A DNA stretch of 57,348 nt, counting the filler, from Sphacelaria rigidula (taxonomy: Eukaryota), in the NCBI GenBank assembly GCA_964200075.2. It is 8 parts of 8 records of this genome, joined end to end, with 100 filler letters (N's around TTAATTAATTAA, not from the genome) between each part and the next. Parts side by side here need not be neighbours in the genome. Positions count along the whole stretch, not along the records: positions 21,544 to 28,624 come from CAXNAA020016586.1; positions 28,725 to 35,805 come from CAXNAA020016587.1; positions 35,906 to 42,986 come from CAXNAA020016588.1; 5 more parts are not named here. One strand, written 5' to 3'. Below are positions 24,901 through 37,185 of the stretch, one piece after another. Both the position numbers and the translations under genes were made by a program. Each line of letters begins with the position of its first letter. Positions within the stretch are counted from its first letter, which is position 1. The notes beneath the pieces were generated by a model, which made no database searches, was not told the DNA's origin, and was given only the letters and a program-made list of their open reading frames with translations.

Positions 24901-27343
24901 GCGGCTCATACTGCCGATGCGCACAACACCCGAGTTTTAGTACAGACAGTTTGTACCTGACCAGCCTCATTGATCGTACTGGAGACCCAGTCCCAAAAGG
25001 GTTGAAACATGATTGCGCCGGAGGCTTTTTTTTATATGCGTTGGGTCAGAGTCAACGTTGAGGGTTTCGATGAAGCAAGCAGGCGTCAAGCCATGGAATG
25101 TGACATGTTGGGATAAACTGGCGAGGGTGTGTAGGGTAGTGTAAATACCCGGGTATTTACTCTGGGTTGCGATGCTGCGATCTCCAAACTCTACCCAGAC
25201 ATTCGGTAGAGTCGGGCACGATCGCAATACCTTTCCCAATACATGGGTATCGTTGAGTAGTATCTACTTTACCCCAAGGTTGGGGTACTTGGAGTAGGGG
25301 CTTTCAAAATACCCAAATGTAGGGAATACCCTACTTGACACGCCCCTGTAAACTTGCGTACATCGTTGCCCGAGCCCTGGGGAATACGTCCAAGAGCTTC
25401 ATGGACGCTCGTTTTTCGACAAAGTCGCCCCCGTTCCGTCGAGACAAGGAGGAAATGAGAATGAGGTTGTGACGATGAGAAGATCATGACGAACAGCTCA
25501 CGTGTGTCAACCATTTTTACGTTACGTTTCGCATCCCCGTCGGATTTCTTCCTCCTTTGTTTGAAAAATAAACCTGGGTTTGAATTCCACTTTTGTGAGA
25601 ACGGAGGAAAAATCCGAGAAGAATGCGGAAGGGAACGTGGAATGGTCGCCACGCGTGGGGCTGTTCGTCATCCCCATTCTCAATATCACGGTGCCATTTC
25701 TCATTTTCTTCCCGTTGAAGGTGGGGGGGGGGGCTTCGCATGCTCCGAATCGCGCGGGTATGACATCTGTCGGTTCCGAATGGTTCGAACACGCTGTCAA
25801 CGCTCGAACTTTGGGAAGTGTTTCCAGCATGAGTATTGAAACATGAAAGCCGAGACACGAAGTAATCCAAATGCGGTGTATCGTACAGTATCCATGACCC
25901 CAAATTGACGGCTGATCGTCGAAGTCAGAGAGAGAAGAGGCAACTAAACTCCACGCGAGGTTCCGCATGTTGTACCTTTTTTACTGTCCTAGATGTTCGA
26001 AAACTCTTTCGTTGAATCTCGTGTACCTTTTTCATTTTCCAGTGGGGCTGAGCCTGTTGTCACCGAATATCTATGAAAATAAACTCGTTCTGTACCTCCG
26101 CGCGACAACATAGCGAACGCAACCAACCGCAACCTACCGGTGTATTCTACAACGTCGGTTGGAGGTATTTCAATGTTTCGGTCATTACTGGGAGAAAGAA
26201 TATCGGTTAGTCGGAGTCTTTTTCTCTGCAAACTGTTTTCTTATTTCACTTGAAATTTGCAAAATCGGTAGATGTTTTTGTGTAGTCGAAGCTAAATATC
26301 AGGCTGATCTTGAGCGTGTGTTTTTTGTGGTAGGAACTGTTGTAGCAGAAATATTTCAGGTGTCGTCGGCAGGACCCGTAACTGCCCCCACGTGCACACC
26401 CGGAAGTTTGCGGAAAAAATCCGCGAACTCTCGGCGAGAAAAGCAAGCGCAAATTCGTCGGATGGGAAAGGCAGACGAAGTATACGTTGCTGTAGCTCTC
26501 GACCTCAGCTATGTCGAGTGGCTAGTGCAGTATTTAGTGATCAGATTCCCCGTGTGGTGGAGGCACGAGGGTAAAAAAATGGGGTGAGGGGACGAAGTTG
26601 ACGATTTTTTAATATATATATTTTCGCTCATCTTTGCTGTACTGACTGTACCTCCTGTATTGATTGATTGGTTGATGAATTGATTGGTTGTCGCACCTGA
26701 GCGAATCCTGGAGGGACCCGATCGTGTTCATTATCCACAGCGTCGGGGTAACGTCGGCGCGTGCACTGCGCCAAGTTGGTCGTGGGTTGTAGTGGACCCG
26801 ACCCTCACCCTGCCTTGAGCAAAGCTTGCGAACGCTCGAGGTGCCTTCCCCATATGACTGCCTCAAGGCGATTTAGCCTAGCCTCCGGGTAATCGCCATA
26901 CGAACCCGCTTGCGAGGTGACTGTTGGGTCAGGTGTCCTTCTTTGGAAAAAAAAAAGAAGATTGATGTGCACTTCCGTGATGAAACGGTAACACTCGCTG
27001 AGGAGAAGAAGAAGTGAAGAGAACAGAAAAAACTATTACAAAGTAGAATTGGAAAAAAAGAAGACGAGGAATCGAAGACTTCGGAACGGCCAGTCTCTGC
27101 AACATGGATTCAGGTGGAAATCGTCTTGCGCAAAAAGCACAGGCACTCGAATACCCGAACAAAAGTAAGAGCACATGCTGGATTTTTCGGTGCTGTACAT
27201 GTGATACAAAACAGTGCGTAGTACACGGAATCGGTTAAAGCCGCAGTGTGTGTAGTACTGGTGAGAGCCATGCAGTGACGGTACTTGTACTGCTGAGCAC
27301 ACCGCACGGCAGCCACTACAGTTGGTCAAGACTATATGTATAC

Positions 27344-27389
27344 TGCCGTCGTCGTCGTCGTCGTTGTTGTTGTTGTTGTTGTTGTTGTT
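27344..27389. repeat. Compound microsatellite (GTC)n(GTT)n
   Basis: Seen directly. Confidence 0.95.
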
Positions 27390-27515
27390 ATCTTGACACT
27401 AGAAAACCCTCCCGATCTCTGCGCAATACTTCCTTAACATTCGTACTGGGCATCTTTTCATGGTCCCCGACTAGCTATCCAAAATAAGGCACGCGAAAAT
27501 CAAGGAAACTGTAGA

Positions 27516-28258
27516 GGGCAAGAGACAAGCTCACGAAATCGGGTACATCATAATCTATTTCAGCCCAAACATGGGCAACAGGTAAACCGCGCAAGTTGGA
27601 GCTGTCCGTGCTATGCCCAACCCCCCTCTTGAATCAATCTCCACGCAAAGGCATTGTGCCCACAGCCCATGCAGAGCGTGTACACTAACTTTTTTTCGCG
27701 ACAAGAGAGCGCGATTTGGGGCCAAACGGCACCGCGGAAAACAGTGGCCCGCGGAGTGCCCTACTCTGTCCGACAATGGAGGTAGGTATGACCACCACTA
27801 ACTGTCGAGTTTATCGTGTACCCTATTTTGTTTCATGCGGTCCCCTATCATACATATCCAAGGTTTACCCGTATTGGACTACTATTGGCATTCCACAGCC
27901 GCCGTCCAACCCACCGCACGGCACAAAATCGAAGGGCCGAAGAAAATCTCCAACGCTTTTTCATCCCTCTTTCAACGGCCGGGAGACCCAATATCCTGCC
28001 GTCGGTGATTTCCACCCCCAACACACGAGACATCTGCGAAGTGATGAACGCACCGCGCGCATGTTGGGCACGCGCGTGCGCACACGGCAAAACAAGTTAC
28101 GGAATACGGAGCAACTTTGTGTGGGGTGGATACCACCCACGGCGGGGTCTTGGGTCTCCCGGTCGTAAAAGGAGGGATGAAAAAGCATTGGAGATATTCT
28201 TCGGCCATTCGATTTTGTACCGTGCGATGGGTTGGACGGCTGCTGTGGAATGCCACTA
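27516..28258. mobile_element. Second, right-truncated copy of the foldback family
   Basis: Same left arm (CATCATAATCTATTTCAGCCCAAA...GTTGGAGCTGTCCGTGCTA...) and part of the inverted arm, interrupted by a SINE at ~28260. Confidence 0.8.
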
Positions 28259-28259
28259 G

Positions 28260-28613
28260 TGTGTGTTGTGTGTTGTCCTTCCCATCTATTCTGGACGCCG
28301 GTCTACACCTTTCGGTGTATGAGGGCGCACCAGCCGGGGTCACACACGAGGAAGGTCAATACAGAAGTTACTATTTTTTTTTTTTAGCTTTTAGTACCCC
28401 ACCTTCTGCGGTGCTTGCCTTTATTTTTTATCGCGAGAGGGGTTCAGCAGTCCCTTACCCTCGTCGACCGTCAAGTCGAAATTTGTGTACCCACGTATAG
28501 TCACTCTCTATCCACTGTTTGACATTGTGTGACGAAAAATCCCAGATCGCTCCGAGATTTGAACCCACGACCCGACCGTCAGAAGGTGTCGAGGTTACCA
28601 ACTGAGCCACCGG
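28260..28613 (-). mobile_element. Near full-length SINE family A
   Basis: A box TGGCTCAGTTGG, B box GGTTCAAATC, conserved body and (ACA)n tail. Confidence 0.88.
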
Positions 28614-28724
28614 AGGACGTTCTCNNNNNNNNNNNNNNNNNNNNNNNNNNNNNNNNNNNNNNNNNNNNTTAATTAATTAANNNNNNNNNNNNNNNNNNNN
28701 NNNNNNNNNNNNNNNNNNNNNNNN

Positions 28725-31700
28725 AAGTAGTGCCGTCAGAATCATGTGATTTTGTTTCTTCCGGGATACTTGATAGAGCCGTCGAGCTCAAAGTCGTCAC
28801 ATTTTGGAGAGATTGAGGTCGAGGATTTTCGCTCGGAAGAGGTGTACGTAATGATGCGCGCGCGTCCTTGAGGGCATGCTTACGGGGCTTTCTCTTTCGC
28901 CGTGAAAAAGGTCGGGAAACTTCCAAAACATTTGGGGATGAAACCACAACTGCGTCCAGTTGCGTGGATAGGGTCAGCATCGGAGCATGACGGAGCGAAA
29001 CTTGTGGGCTACTTTCGGTAGGCAAGTTTGGCTGTTGGGGCATAGCCGAAGATATGTTGGGGTGGTTGTTAATAAAACCGGCCGAAGGTAGGTCTGTGCG
29101 TCTTGAAAATCGCGGGGAAGGAGCCCGATCGAACTGAGCGGGAAGTACATGATCCGATGTGGTCAGGTTCAAATCAGCAACACTTGGGTCAGCTGAAAAA
29201 GGCTTGCTGCTACCTGTGCGTGCGGTCGCTGAGGAAAGCCTTTGCCTCAAGGACTGGCGGTTGATCTTCCCACACCTCAGACTTATACTCGGTGCTGAAG
29301 GACCAAGTTCAGTGCCGGGTGTAGATCTGAGTCGCGGGGGGAAACAACTGTTACGCGGTGTGTGGAGGGATGAAGACGGGGGTCGATATGAACGGCCGTC
29401 AGATGCACTCCTGCATAGTGCCGGGAGAGCCGGGCGGACAATCTTAGTCGCGGGCTCCGTGGGCTGTGTTGAAAATTGTGTGGAGGTTCGAGACGGGGGT
29501 TGATATGAACGGCCGTCAGTTACGCTCCTGGATAGTGCCGGGGCAGTCGAGTCAGCAGTTTTTGACACGGACTCCGCGGGCTGTGTTGAAAAAGTCTTCG
29601 CTCGTGCTATCGACGGCGTGGAAGACCGTAGAACGGCGGCGTCGGCACGTCATGGATCTACGCGATCCGAAGTGAAGGTACCAGGGTTTCTGGTGTTGGG
29701 ATTAGAACTTTGTGTCGGTCCCGTCCGCTGCTGGTGTCTATCAGCGGAACGTTTGTTGTCGCGAGATTTTGATCGATCTAGCGAGGGTTTCTGTGATTGT
29801 TGTTGTGTCGGCGACCGCGATTAGAGCTGTTGTTGCCACGTTGGTTCGAGTTGCTGCGTTAATTTTGAGTTGGTGGACAATAATCGCGCATGCGTTTTTG
29901 CCATCGGCACCACGCGGGTTCATTGTCCTGCAATTCAGGGTTCATTAGATCAAAGGCATTGATGCGTGGACTGTCACAGTCGCGCATACTCTGGCCTTGA
30001 ACACTACAGTTGATGCAACTGTTGGCACGACCGCTGAAGGCATTGCGTCTAGCGGAAGACGAAAGAAGTGGGTTCCACAACTTGGGGTCATCGGTTATGA
30101 ATGCCGTTGTTGAAGTCAAATAAACACCATCCCAAGTTCCCTCGGGAAACGGCCAACCGTCAAAACTCTCGCTAAATGCATCTCTGGTACTCTGAACATG
30201 CATTACGGAACCGGCGACTGAGTCGGGGGTCCATGAAGCGCGAGACGAACTCGAATTCCTACCGCGAGCCCCTTGGGCATGAGCGGAGGACACAAGCGTA
30301 GGTTGTGAACGCACAGACGTTGAAGGTTTGCCACGTATAATTGGTGTTAGATTACCCTCCTGGTGTACAAAAGCAGACCACATAGTATCAACGGAGGCGT
30401 AAGGCACTTCGCGATGTTCCAAGGCACCCGGAAACAATGACGGCATCAGAGCCAGATACTATTGAGCAACGCTATTGCGAACGTAAGTCTGACACATTGC
30501 ATCGCTCGATCCATTCTGGCGTCCGACACCCGTCGTACCCGAAACCAAAAGCTTAAATTCGCGGAGATAATCCGCGAAGGGGACATCAGATGCGACGACA
30601 AAAAAACTCAGCCTCTGGATGACGCTGGCTTGATCACTTTTGTCAAAGTAACCTATGAGACGCCTTTCCAAATCAGAGAGTAATTGCGGGCCTGTCTTCC
30701 CTTGGGAACGATCCGGATCCATCTCGGAGAGGAATCCGTCGAACACCTGCGTCAAAGAAGCAGCGAGGTCGGGAGAGCGGCGGCTGATCGATCGATGCAT
30801 TGCTTTGTGCAAGGGAGTCTGCCAGCCCTGTACCCAGTCTGACTCCTCGAAACGTTGTATGCCAGTATCATCCACCAAGTGAAGGATGTTACAAACAGTG
30901 CGGCGGATGGACGTGATGAGGGCAGAAGTAAACTGGCCCGAATCTTTGTTATCCGCGGCAGGCATGGTTTTTATGTGCCAGAGTTTTTTCACATCCATCT
31001 GAACATACTGTCTTTGTATTGCAGCTACTCGGGCAGACCCAGCTCTATCGGAAGCTGCTTTTTTGCTAGCTTCCGAACGTTCTTTGTCAGCCGCGGCGGT
31101 TGCTAAAGCACGGGCTGCAGTAGAAGACAAAGGACGGTCAGGTGTATCCGTATCGGACAAACCTAAAATGCGGGTCGAAACATCAGCCAACTTAGGAACC
31201 ACTTGCCTGGGGGTCTCCGAGCCCGAGGCGGGAAGAGCTGCACCGGACCGGTTCCAGGCCGATGCGGATGAGCCGGAAGAGCTGCCTCCGGTGTGCTTGC
31301 CTTTCGGCTTGCGGGGCGGGCGGTTTGATCTGGAGCCGCCCGAAGAGGATCCTCCACCGCCATGGCGGCGGCGTGAATTCCCGCCATTGTTGTCATCGTC
31401 ATCGCGATGGTGATTCTTCTTGTGATCCCGGCAAATGGAGGTCGCGGTGGTCCACACATCCTCATCTTCGCCATCGTCGGGGAGAGTCGTGGCGGGATCA
31501 GAGTTAGAAGTGGCGGGTAGCGCCGCAAAAAGGTTGGTGACAGTGTCGACGTACCGGTGGAGATGCGGACTATCGCCGATTGTCGCCTGGAGGACCAGTT
31601 GGCCCAAGGTGATCGCCAACACGCCGGCGTCCGGGAAGAAGAAGCCCTGTTCCACGTAGCCACCAATAACGGCTAGCATGCGTTGGGGTATGTTGTTCCA

Positions 31701-34090
31701 AGCGTGGCGGGAACAGTGCAGGTGATTGTTTTGGTGAAAGGGGACAGTATAATCAGCCGCAGACCGAGAAAGCCACCCTCGTTCGTGTAATGCAAGTTGC
31801 AAGCGTGTGGGGGGGGCTGGCAGTGACCGCCGGGCCAGGTGCACGAGGCGGCGTGGGGGCGGCAACGGCCGCGACAGATGACGCCCTGTCGGACTTATGT
31901 GGAATCACGTAGTCCGACCTGGTGTTTGTGGGCTGTCGAGGAGGTCGAGCTTCAAGCAAGTGGTCGGCGGAAGGTGGCGGCGAGGCTTGATACTGTGTCA
32001 CCCGCGCCATCGACGAACCCGCTGCTTGCGTAGTGCGCCGAACATGATCTTGTAGCTCGAGAACCCTCCTTTGTGCCGTCAAGGCTGCAGTCTGCCCTTC
32101 TTCTAATGCCCTGTGCGCCGCCGTCTTGGTGGCTTGGGCAAGTGAAGCCTGGCGCTGAAAATCCTTCAGCTTTGCAGCATGTTCCTCCAAAAGGAGGGGG
32201 GGCGGCAGCCTCGTCAGCATTGCGTTGCTGGTCTAGTATATTGCGAGTTAGCGCCGGGGCTTGGAACTTGTAGTCTTGAATGACCGTTCTTGTTCCGCGC
32301 GGGGGCGGTCCGGTCCGAAATAATCTCAAGAGAAGCCCGGTGAGGCAATGCTCGTCGCCGAGCGGAGGAAGATCCTCCACCGAAGGAGGCGAGCGCACGG
32401 AGACATCCCCGACAGGGGCAGTGGTGGGACCACTATCCGCATCAGTGTCTACTGCAGGCTGGGCGGCAGCAGGAGTTGGGGCCGTGGCTGCAGTGGCTGC
32501 TGCAGATTGCGCAGTGACCACGGTAGTGGTGGCTGCGGCGGTAGGGGGAGCGGCGTTGGTGATCTCCCTTGTAGGCTTATCAGCAGCGGTAGTGCACTTC
32601 GTGTCCATTGTTGCTGTTGCCAGTTGTCGTTCAAGATCTGTCAAACGTTGTCGCAGAGAACGAATAAGCGCAGCGTCGGAACGGGACGGTGGTTTGCGGT
32701 CAGTGCGTTGTCGTCAGCTGTGCGATGAGGTGCGGTTGGATCCTGCAAGTGAGGATTCCGGGGCCGGTGACATGCCCGAAAATACGTTGTGGATATCGTC
32801 AGCATGTACAGTGTTATCATTGCGTACATAACGGTTGTGTGACAAAGGCTGAGCAGTAAAGATGCGCGAACGTGCATGATCGGAGTTTTTCGAACGCGAG
32901 TTAACGCGCGAAGAACTTGATCTGGGCCGCAAGGCATCCTCGTGAGTACGGCCATGGTTAGTATTCACCGAGCGCTTAGGAGCGCGGGATGAATTGGAAC
33001 TATAGCGTGAACTACCTTCATATTTGTGTCTATGAGCGATATTCTTCGGGCGTGTGGAAGCGCGCGATGGATTCAAGCTTTGCTGGGAGTGGCCCTTAGA
33101 AATCCTAGAACGGGAGACATGGTCATGACCAAGTCTCGGTGTGCGGCGCCGGTCAGAAGCGTGAGTATGGCTCTGCTGCGACCTTGAGGAAGGGTTGGAC
33201 TCATGTTCGTTGAATGTATCATGAGTGACGAACGGAGGACGCGATGTCGCCGAACGGGTCGCCAGACATACGGGTTTGGGCATGGCAGGTGCAGAATCAT
33301 CATTGAACTGCACATGAGCAGATGCAGACTGGTCTTGGAGCGTGGCGTGGCAAAAAGCCGTAAATGCCTCGACGAGAGCTGGTGCTGGCGATAGCGATGA
33401 CGCCGAGGAGGTGCGATGCAGAGTTTGCATGGCAGCATGCATGGCCGCAATTACAGGTCCGACATTGGACTGCGCAGTAGGGCGCATGGGACTATCAAGA
33501 GTCGTGCGAAGGGGGTCCGTAACGGAAGCAGACCGTGTGACAAAGACTCTTGCTCCAGAAGCGGTGCGCTTCGTCGGGACAGAATCGTCTCGAGAGTTGT
33601 CAGCCGTCAAGCGACGGGGTGCCACGGTTGAAGCAACCGTGGCAGGGCCGAGCTGGACACGTGTGTCCAGGGGCAACGACTCGACTGAGGGCACAATCCT
33701 AACTCAGGATTCCATATTGGGATTTGGGGGGGCAGGGGCCAGCGAGGGGTGTGCGACGGAATCCACCGTTATGGGCTCACAGACATGCGCGTCAGGAACC
33801 AATGACTCAGCCGGGTCCACTACCATGTTCTCTGAGTCCGAGTCGGAACGTGAGAGAACAGGTCTCGGCGTCAAAGTCTGGTCTTCAAATGTTGAAGAAT
33901 GAGCTTCGCTCGAATGTTGGTCTTCAGATCCCGAAGAACGAACAGCACTCGCATACGTGCGGCGATGTGTTGAAGGTGGCGTGCCGCTCATCTTGAAAGA
34001 TTTCGAACCGACAGTAGTTTGACTCCGGGTCCGGCGAAGCGGTTGGTTTCCCAATTGAGGGGAAGAGCCAGCGTTATTTTTGTGCGACAT
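28725..34090 (-). mobile_element. Large degraded Gag-like polyprotein region of a retrotransposon (pol not in the segment)
   Basis: Successive long ORFs on one strand broken by stops and frameshifts. Helical core (YFDKSDQASVIQRL...PFADYLREFKLLV...LMPSLFPG) followed by a degenerate zinc knuckle CINCSVQGQSMRDC (CX2CX4[H>Q]X4C, 29976-30017), with S/T/P/R-rich flanks. No obvious splicing. Confidence 0.6.
29370..29640 (-). repeat. In-frame 117-bp (39-codon) tandem duplication
   Basis: GATATGAACGGCCGTCAG at 29385 and 29502; GGCTGTGTTGAAAA at 29462 and 29579. Confidence 0.85.
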
Positions 34091-36514
34091 GATGAGCGTA
34101 CGCGGCCTTTGTGCTTAAAAAGGAAGGTGCAGTATTTCTGGTCTGCGACCCTAATCAAAGGAGCATGACACCAGGTGATGCTACGTGCTGAAGCCGAAGC
34201 TTGATCTGGAAAATACTGGATAATGAAGCGAAATAGCGCCTGAGGGGACCGCAGGACCTGATTTACTTGAGTAATTTATTCGAGAAAATTGTGGTTTGTA
34301 ACAACTATGTCCGGATCTAATTAAAACAACTTTATTCAAGTTGTGGCGGTAATAGCTAACACGAGATTGTGCGCTGAACAGGCGTATGTCGCCGAAGACA
34401 AACGAAGACCCGAGTGTCTGTAGCAGTGTTGGTACGTGGAAGAACAACTTACACGTGCTTCGGATGTAGCGTCACGGGTATACTATAACTGTATGATCCC
34501 AGCACAAGTTGAGGAACGACTGGCGGTGTGCAAATGAAAAAAACTAAAGATATAGATATATTTCTCAGATGCGCACGAAACCTGTGCAGCATAAGGCAGC
34601 ACAAAAGCTTTTACAAAGCTTCAGTTGTAGACCGCGAACTCGGACTGCGTAGTGCAGAGCGAAGGCTTGTTTTCCAGCGAAGTTGAGACAACGTATGTAT
34701 GTGGAGCAAAGGTGATGTGATGCACAACAGGGGCAACGCTGGGAGCGGGTGCCGAAAGATTTGTAGTGCACAGGCAGGGGGCACCGATTTCGAGTGCTGT
34801 CTGTTCAAATGAGCACGTAACGGAGGTTGAAATGTGTCAACTGGTAGTATTTCAACGAAACCGTCTTGGAACAATAAAGTTGTTCGTTCGAGAAGTTTTC
34901 AAAGGAGAAAAAAACTCCCAATACGTTATGCTGTGTATTGTTACTTACCACGGTGATGTACCGCGGTGCCTTACGGCTGTGCGAAGTACACAAGAGAACA
35001 ACAAGAACAAAGAAGCCACGAGCAACGAAGCTAAAGCTACAACAAAAATAAGGTCGCTCGAGCAACGAAGGTAAAGTACCGGAACAATCCAAAGTTCGGT
35101 ACAGACGTCCGTTATCACACTGTGTGAACACGGTCTGTACTTAGTTCAGTAATTTCGTGAAGGAAAGATACAACAGTCGCGTACAATCGATGCTGAAAAA
35201 TAAGAGCAGCACCGTGCCAGCTTGGCAGGAGCTCAGGTCAGGAACAGCGGCTGGCTGTGAAGCACAGTGCGCCTTTGCGCACTGGTGTTCTGTACAAACC
35301 TGTAGTAGAAGACTTATTCTGCAGAAGGAAAGGGGGCCACAAGGCCAAATACACGAGCCAACGATGGCTTGGTGCGGGGGTCGCGTCGGGCTGTTGAATC
35401 AAGAAAAGATTCAAAAGTCGTGCAGGCGGGACTGATATCGTTGGGCCTTGTGCAGGTGATGTCAAATTGACAGCACGGCAAGAAAAGTAAGCAGTGCGCG
35501 TTGACCCAACGTTGACCACACAAGATGTGGTGTCGAGCGCTACAGCAATTGCAAGTAGCAGGGCACGAATACACGTTACCGAGGGACACACGGGGCAGAA
35601 ACTCGAGAGCTGCTGATTACCTGGCGGTAGGTTTGACTACAACTCCGAAGGGAAAAGGGGCAAATGATCAAAAAGCTGGAGTACACAGCTGGCAGTCAGG
35701 GATACGAATCGGTACAAGAAAGAAACGCAATTAACAACAAATTGTGAGAATTGAGGTTTAACTTCGAGATGAGGCTCAAGCCTAAAACAGTGCTTTCCCC
35801 ACACTNNNNNNNNNNNNNNNNNNNNNNNNNNNNNNNNNNNNNNNNNNNNTTAATTAATTAANNNNNNNNNNNNNNNNNNNNNNNNNNNNNNNNNNNNNNN
35901 NNNNNTAAGTCGTGTTTTGGATGAGATACGAGGCTCCTAACAATTCCAACCTCAGAAATTTTTTCGGTACCCCTACCGTAGCATCACTCGACAGTTACTG
36001 AATACATGACCGCGGTCGCCAGCAGATGTAACGCACATACTCGTGCTAAAATCGCTCTCGACGCCTTGGCTTCTGCACTGGAGCTCTCACATGAAGAAGT
36101 TGCCACATTGGTCTTTCTTCTATCAACTGTCCCTCTGTAGGTCGACACTGCAAAGGATGCTCGCCATGCGCACCGTTTTTTTTTTAATTTGCCATCTTCG
36201 ACCTCGAAAGACGCTACTGATCCTCAACCCAGAAGCGCCAATCGTGCAACGCTTACAACTCGACACCGAAGCAGGGGATTGGACTGCGGTTCCTTGCGCG
36301 CGCTTTCCACACACCCAAGCTCCGTCGCCTAGTTTGATTTTCGCGTTTGAGCGTGATGCCGACTCGCAGATAACCCTTATGTACTAAAAGGGCGTTTTCC
36401 GCTCTGAGGGGGGATTTTCGGGCCGCTGACGCGACGCCAGCAAAATACAAACTAAGTACTGTAGATCTTGTGTGTATGCGGGGGTCTGTCAAGTGCCGTG
36501 GACCGTCCGCACGA

Positions 36515-36519
36515 GAAGT

Positions 36520-36551
<32 letters not shown>

Positions 36552-36880
36552 GTTTATGGCCAGTAAATGTACGTGGCTGGGGGTGGGTCTGAATCAACCG
36601 GCACAAATGCTGCTGCTGCTCTTGATCGTAGACGGTCCGCGTTTCGACCGTGCGACAACACCCACGCACCTTGCGAGTGATAGCCACCGTGCTGGACAGC
36701 GCTGACACACACACGAATCGGCACCAGCTGATTTAGACCCACCCCCAGCCGCGTACATCTACTAGCATTTAAGATGCTGCTGATACTGCTGCTGTTGCTC
36801 CTTCTCCTTATCGTGCGGAACGCGGTCCGCGTTTCGACCTGCGACAATACCAATACCCCCTTGCGCGTGATTACCGCCCT
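36515..36880. repeat. (CAG)n-associated local duplication with inverted and direct components
   Basis: ~36520-36606 is inverted relative to ~36716-36800; GGTCCGCGTTTCGACC..GCGACAA is repeated directly at ~36634 and ~36824. Confidence 0.7.
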
Positions 36881-37107
36881 CCTTGAAGTCGCTGGTCTGT
36901 TCGCGTGCTGTTTTACCGTTTCTGTATCCCTTGTTTCCCACCCTAGCATGCTCGATTAGAACGGCGCGTGATTTCGCGTGATGCTGCAGAACTGCTGTGT
37001 TTTCTTGTGATGAGTGTAGTACTCTGTACTCGATAAACCACTGCAGAATTGTCTTGTGTTGAGTGTAGTACCCTGTACTCCCTATCATAGTGTCATGGTT
37101 GGAGCAC

Positions 37108-37185
37108 TTTTTTCGAGAAGTTCTCCTCGTTTTCTGAAAAGTTCTCCTCGTTTTTTCCAAAGTTCTCCTCGTTTTTCGAAAAGTA
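37108..37185. repeat. 21-bp minisatellite (AAGTTCTCCTCGTTTT...) x3
   Basis: Seen directly. Confidence 0.85.
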
